Shown here: piece after piece, positions 59,105-64,000 of the stretch
Numbering within the stretch: position 1 is the first letter of the stretch
Layout: the number at the start of each line of letters is the position of its first letter
Origin: Octopus vulgaris
Taxonomy: Eukaryota
NCBI GenBank assembly: GCA_951406725.2
Contig: OX597832.1
Coordinates: 34,534,001-34,598,000, forward strand
DNA: 64,000 bases
Reading direction: 5' to 3'
Program-made: the position numbers and the translations under genes
The notes under the pieces: model-generated
The model's database searches: none
Told to the model about the DNA's origin: nothing
The model's input: the letters and a program-made list of their open reading frames with translations, nothing else

Positions 59105-62100
59105 CAGCGCACACTAGTGTGTATGTTCCAGCGCACACGGGTGTGTATGTTCTACCTGAGAGGTTCCTGCAGGCATGGAAAGGAAGGTGCAGGCTGCCGC
59201 TTTGCACATCGGGGACCCTGCCACAGAGACACGAGGCAGATGGACAAACCATCAACACAAAGAAAAGGGATGGACCACGCACCACCTGCCCCAAAGCGGA
59301 GGTACGCAGATGTTGTGCGCGCCACAAACCGCCAACATGATGTTGTCGAAAGAGCAGCTGCTGAGCAACAATCTTTTTCGTGCATGGCACAAAAGATTGT
59401 ACAGCAGCTGACCTGGCTTCATCAAACCCAAGCCCGCAGGTGGGACTACCCACTATATACCAGACCACCACAGCAAACAGACACAGGATGGACACCGCCG
59501 GCAACAACGTACACCTCACCTCGATGCTCCTACTGAACATCAGAGGACTGGTAAACACTCAGTAACAGGACAAAGATCCCGTTCCTGAGAGACTTTGTTG
59601 CATGCAATCAAGCCTTATGCATAGCACTTACGGAAACGCACCTGAAACCGGACATAGCAGATGCGGAGTTACATATACCACAGTATGCTGTACTACGGAC
59701 CGACAGGAAAGAAAGGAGTCATGGAGGTGTTGCTATGTACATCCGTGAGGACCTCACACCCCAGGTCCTCTTGTCATACTCAAACTCGGTGTGTGACACA
59801 CTAATTGTACATATTAGGCAACTTGATGTAGTTGTGTGTGCTACATATCGCCCTCCAGATTCCCCAAGCCATGTGGGCAAGTTTGAAGACTGCCTTATAA
59901 AAATAGAAGAAATTCTAACCACATTAGAACAACACATAGGTGTGCTTCTTATGGGAGACTTCAATCTGCCCAATGTCAGATGGCCCGAGGGCCTTTCTCT
60001 CCCAGGAATGACAAGATGTGAACGAGGACAGGCGAGGTCCCTCCTGAACCTCATCAACACCCTGTACATGGAGCAGGTAATACTCCAACCAACCAGGGCA
60101 GGTAACACACTGGATCTCTGCTTCACAAATGACATGGATCTCATCCATAATGTGAAAGTGACACCGACACTACTCTCGGATCACAACATGATAGAGCTGA
60201 CCATGTACGGACCAAAAGAGAGCACGGACATGCAGCCTACAAGAAACCCTCAAAATCTTTCCAGCTTGAACTACCATAAGGCAAACTGGAAACAAATTGA
60301 GAAAGAGATCCTCAAACAAAACTGGCCTAAATGTCTCTCCTCGCCAGACATCGACGTGAAACTTCAACAATTCATGTCTGTAATGCAAGCCATATGCTAC
60401 GAATGTGTCCCAGAGAGAAAGGCCACTGTACACAAGAACAAAATCCCCAGAGAGAGGAAAATTTTAATGAGACGGCGTACGAAATTTTCAAATCGCCTAA
60501 ACAAACAGATTGAAAGCAGTGAAAAGTCCCGCCTAAAAATAAAACTGTTGGAAATCGAAAAATGTCTGCAAATATAAAATCAGAGGCGGCGACGATAGAT
60601 TACATCGATATAAATGAAGACGATGTAATCAAGGCTATAGATGAAATGAAAACAGACTCAGCTACTGGCCCCAAAGTATTCCCGGCAATCCTCCTAAAAG
60701 CATGTAAGAGAATCCTAGCAAGACTACTGCAGTTCCTCTTTCAGAGCTTCCTTGCTGCTGGCAAACTTCCAAGAAAACTGAAGGAAGGTAAAATATGCCC
60801 CATTCATAAAGGAGGTAGCAGAGCGGAAGCCAAGAACTACAGACCTATCTCTCTGACCTCACACATCAGCAAGGTCATGGAACGAATAGTCAGAAGGAAG
60901 CTGATCACCTTCCTTGAAGAGAATGACTTGCTGCCCGACACCCAACATGGTTTCCGACCAGGGAGAAGCTGTTTAACTCAGCTCCTCCAACACTATGACT
61001 GGGTGCTGAAACGGCTGCTCAACCACTCAAATGTGGAAGTGATATACCTCGACTTTGCAAAGGCCTTTGATAAAGTCGACCATGGAATGATATGTCACAA
61101 ACTGCGTGATCTCAACATAGTTGGAAAACTGGGAGAATGGCTTCATGACTTTCTGAAAGATAGAAGTTAGGTGGTAGTAGCCAATGGGGCCACTTCCATT
61201 AACACGCAAATAGTGAGCGGTGTTCCGCAGGGCACTGTTCTGGGACCACTACTGTTCATAATGGCCCTCTCAGACATGCCCTCAGCCACGCAGAGAGCCG
61301 CGATCACAAGTTATGCAGATGATACAAAAGTTTCACAGGCAATACAGAACCCTGAGGATACTAAACACCTGCAATGTGAGCTGGACAAAATATACAAGAG
61401 GGCTGAAAAGAATAGCATGCAGTTCAATGCTGAAAAGTTTCAAGCTCTATACTATCAGCATGCAAAACTAAATGCAATACCCAATAAATACACTGGACCC
61501 GGAGGAATAGCAATCCCAGAGGCACAATCAGTGCGTGACCTAGGTATTTACATGTGTGATGACGCGACCTTTCGTGTACATGTTGCTAAATTGGCAATGA
61601 AATGTAGACGACTGGCCGGATGGATTCTCAGAACCTTTAGAACAAGAGAACAAGAAACCATGATGGTCCTCTGGAGGACACTTGTCCTAAGCCACTTTGA
61701 CTACTGCTCTCAGTTATGGTCACCATCCAGTGTCAAGTTGATCACAGAGCTCGAGGCGATCCAACGTAGCTACACGAAGAAGATAGCCTCTATGCAGAAT
61801 GTAAGCTACTGGGAAAGACTCAAGAGATTAAAACTATATTCCCTGGAGCGTAGGCGGGAAAGATATGCCATAATATACATCTGGAAGATCCTGGAGGGAC
61901 GTGTCCTAAACTTTGGCATCTAGAGTTACGCAAATGCCAGAACTGGGCGCCACTGCGTGGTGCCTAGGACTCCAAACTTGCCATCAAGATGTAGGACAAG
62001 ATTATGTGATAGCCTGGGCTTCCGAGGCCCACAGCTCTTCAATATCCTCCCGAAGAACCTGAGAGACCTGCATGGGGTGGATGCAGATGTCTTTAAAATG

Positions 62101-62313
62101 AAGCTGGATCTCTTCCTGTCAGGTGTCCCAGATGAACCAACTTCACAGCAGGAGGGGCAGACGAGGGCAGCTGCATCGAACTCTCTCATGCACCAAATAG
62201 CAGTTGCTAGAAAGCCTTCATGAAGTGAAACCAAGTAGCAACACCAAATGGCGGTGCCCCAGCATGACCACAGCTCATAAGCTGAAACTAGAATCAATCA
62301 ATCAATCAATCAA
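59105..62313 (+). mobile_element. Defective family C LINE truncated within ORF1 (copy E)
   Basis: 1-bp insertion near 59551, 262-bp deletion at ~60571, TAG stops at 61168 and 61921; (ATCA)n tail. Confidence 0.95.
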
Positions 62314-62397
62314 TATGTATATATATATATACATATGTATATGTGTATATATGTATATATATATATATACATATGTATACATATACATATGTATATA

Positions 62398-62808
62398 GGC
62401 GCAGGAGTAGCTGTGTGGTAAGTAGCTTGTTAACCAACCACATGGTTCCGGGTTCAGTCCCACTACGTGGCATCTTGGGCAACTGTCTTCTGCTATAGCC
62501 CCGGGCCGACCAATGCCTTGTGAGTGGATTTGGTAGACGGAAACTGAAAGAAGCCTGTCGTATATATGTATATATATATGTGTGTGTGTTTGTGTGTTTG
62601 TGTTTGTCCCCCTAGCATCGCTTGACAACCGATGCTGGTGTGTTTACGTCCCCGTCACTAAGCGGTTCGGCAAAAAAGACACCGATAGAATAAGTACTGG
62701 GCTTACAAAGAATAAGTCCCGGGGTCGAGTTGCTCGATTAAAGGCGGTGCTCCAGCATGGCCGCAGTCAAATGACTGAAACAAGTAAAAGAGAAAGAGAG
62801 AAAAGAGA
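62398..62808 (+). mobile_element. Full-length tRNA-derived SINE family 1 with LINE-like tail
   Basis: A-box-like tagctgtgtggt, B-box-like gggttcagtcc, internal TA/TG run, tail ggcggtgctccagcatggcc...ctgaaacaagtaaaagag. Confidence 0.88.
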
Positions 62809-62814
62809 ATACGT

Positions 62815-62873
62815 TTATATATGTATATATGTATATATATATATATGTATATACATATGTATATGTATACATG

Positions 62874-62904
<31 letters not shown>

Positions 62905-62905
62905 G

Positions 62906-62969
<64 letters not shown>

Positions 62970-63080
62970 TGTATGTATATATGTATGTATATATATGTAT
63001 ATATATATGTATGTATATATATGTATATATATATATGTATATATATATATGTATATATATATATATGTATATATATATAC
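62815..63080. repeat. (TA)n/(TATG)n microsatellite
   Basis: Direct reading. Confidence 0.9.
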
Positions 63081-63517
63081 ATTACGGGCATTAATACACA
63101 TAAATACCTTATGCTATGAGGGACTCTTAAAGTCAAAGCTACCATAATAAATACATTTTGTGCACTAATTATGAAATCATATTATATGCGGCTGAATCTG
63201 TTTTTAAGAAGCTCGCTTCAAGTGTGTCTATGGATATCCATGCATGTGTGAATGCGTGTACGCTGTATATATGTATATATATATACGTATAAGTCGGTGT
63301 GCATATGTGTGTATGTGCATTATCTGTAGCTGTGTGCCTGTATACTTACAGATGTTTCTTTATATGTATATATTTCTGTATGCACGTCTACGTGTTTGCA
63401 TATTTATATATATTCACATACGCATGTTTATGTATATATATGAGTGTGCGTGTATGTAAGCATATAATACATATATATGTATGGATGTATACATATGCAT
63501 ATATATGCATACATATA

Positions 63518-63600
<83 letters not shown>

Positions 63601-64000
63601 TAGGTGCAGGATGTCACAAACCGTAAGCAACATAAAATACAAAAACAAATGAGTTGAATACGCAAACAACGAGAGAAAAATGGAAAACAGGACAAGTAAC
63701 ATAAAGAACGTCCTTTCATCTGTTGTCTATCTACTCCTTATTTCGAGCATTCAACGACAATATGGATCTTCGAAGGCAGTTGCTCCCACAAATGCCAAAA
63801 TTAAATTTGGGATTTAAGGAGGGTCAAAGGAAACCGAACGAAAACAAGCTTGGGAAGTTTTTAGACCAGATAAAGGTAAAATAGCGAACGCTGGAGAAAT
63901 ATTTTCTTTGACAAGAGAAAAGATAGAAGGGAGAGAGAGGGTACGTGCAGTCTTTACGACAGCCCTGAAGAAAAAGAAAGATGATCACATAACGAAAAGA

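Noticed and set aside
62398-62470. tRNA gene
   Set aside because: Only A/B-box-like motifs with no convincing cloverleaf; it is a SINE head

Overview
AT-rich, repeat-saturated eukaryotic DNA with no supportable host gene. The SINE families and microsatellite spectrum suggest an octopus/cephalopod (inference). The main signal is six copies of three related CR1-like (APE endonuclease + RT) LINE families, in both orientations, in or beside (TA)n tracts of up to 2.4 kb (1-17.9 kb and 53.3-62.3 kb). Two copies appear full length. Their ORF1 is unusual: a Myb/SANT-like trihelix domain plus a CCCH zinc finger. Their structured 3' tail is shared with a tRNA-derived SINE in the window. The middle holds a decayed R4/Dong-like LINE beside (TAA)n with two copies of a covarying 69-nt RNA motif, Penelope-like remnants with hammerhead ribozymes, Tc1/mariner fossils, L1/Tx1 and RTE fragments, SINEs and a 1.5-kb near-perfect palindrome. 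Some features near TA tracts may be assembly artefacts. All assignments are by eye; no searches were run.
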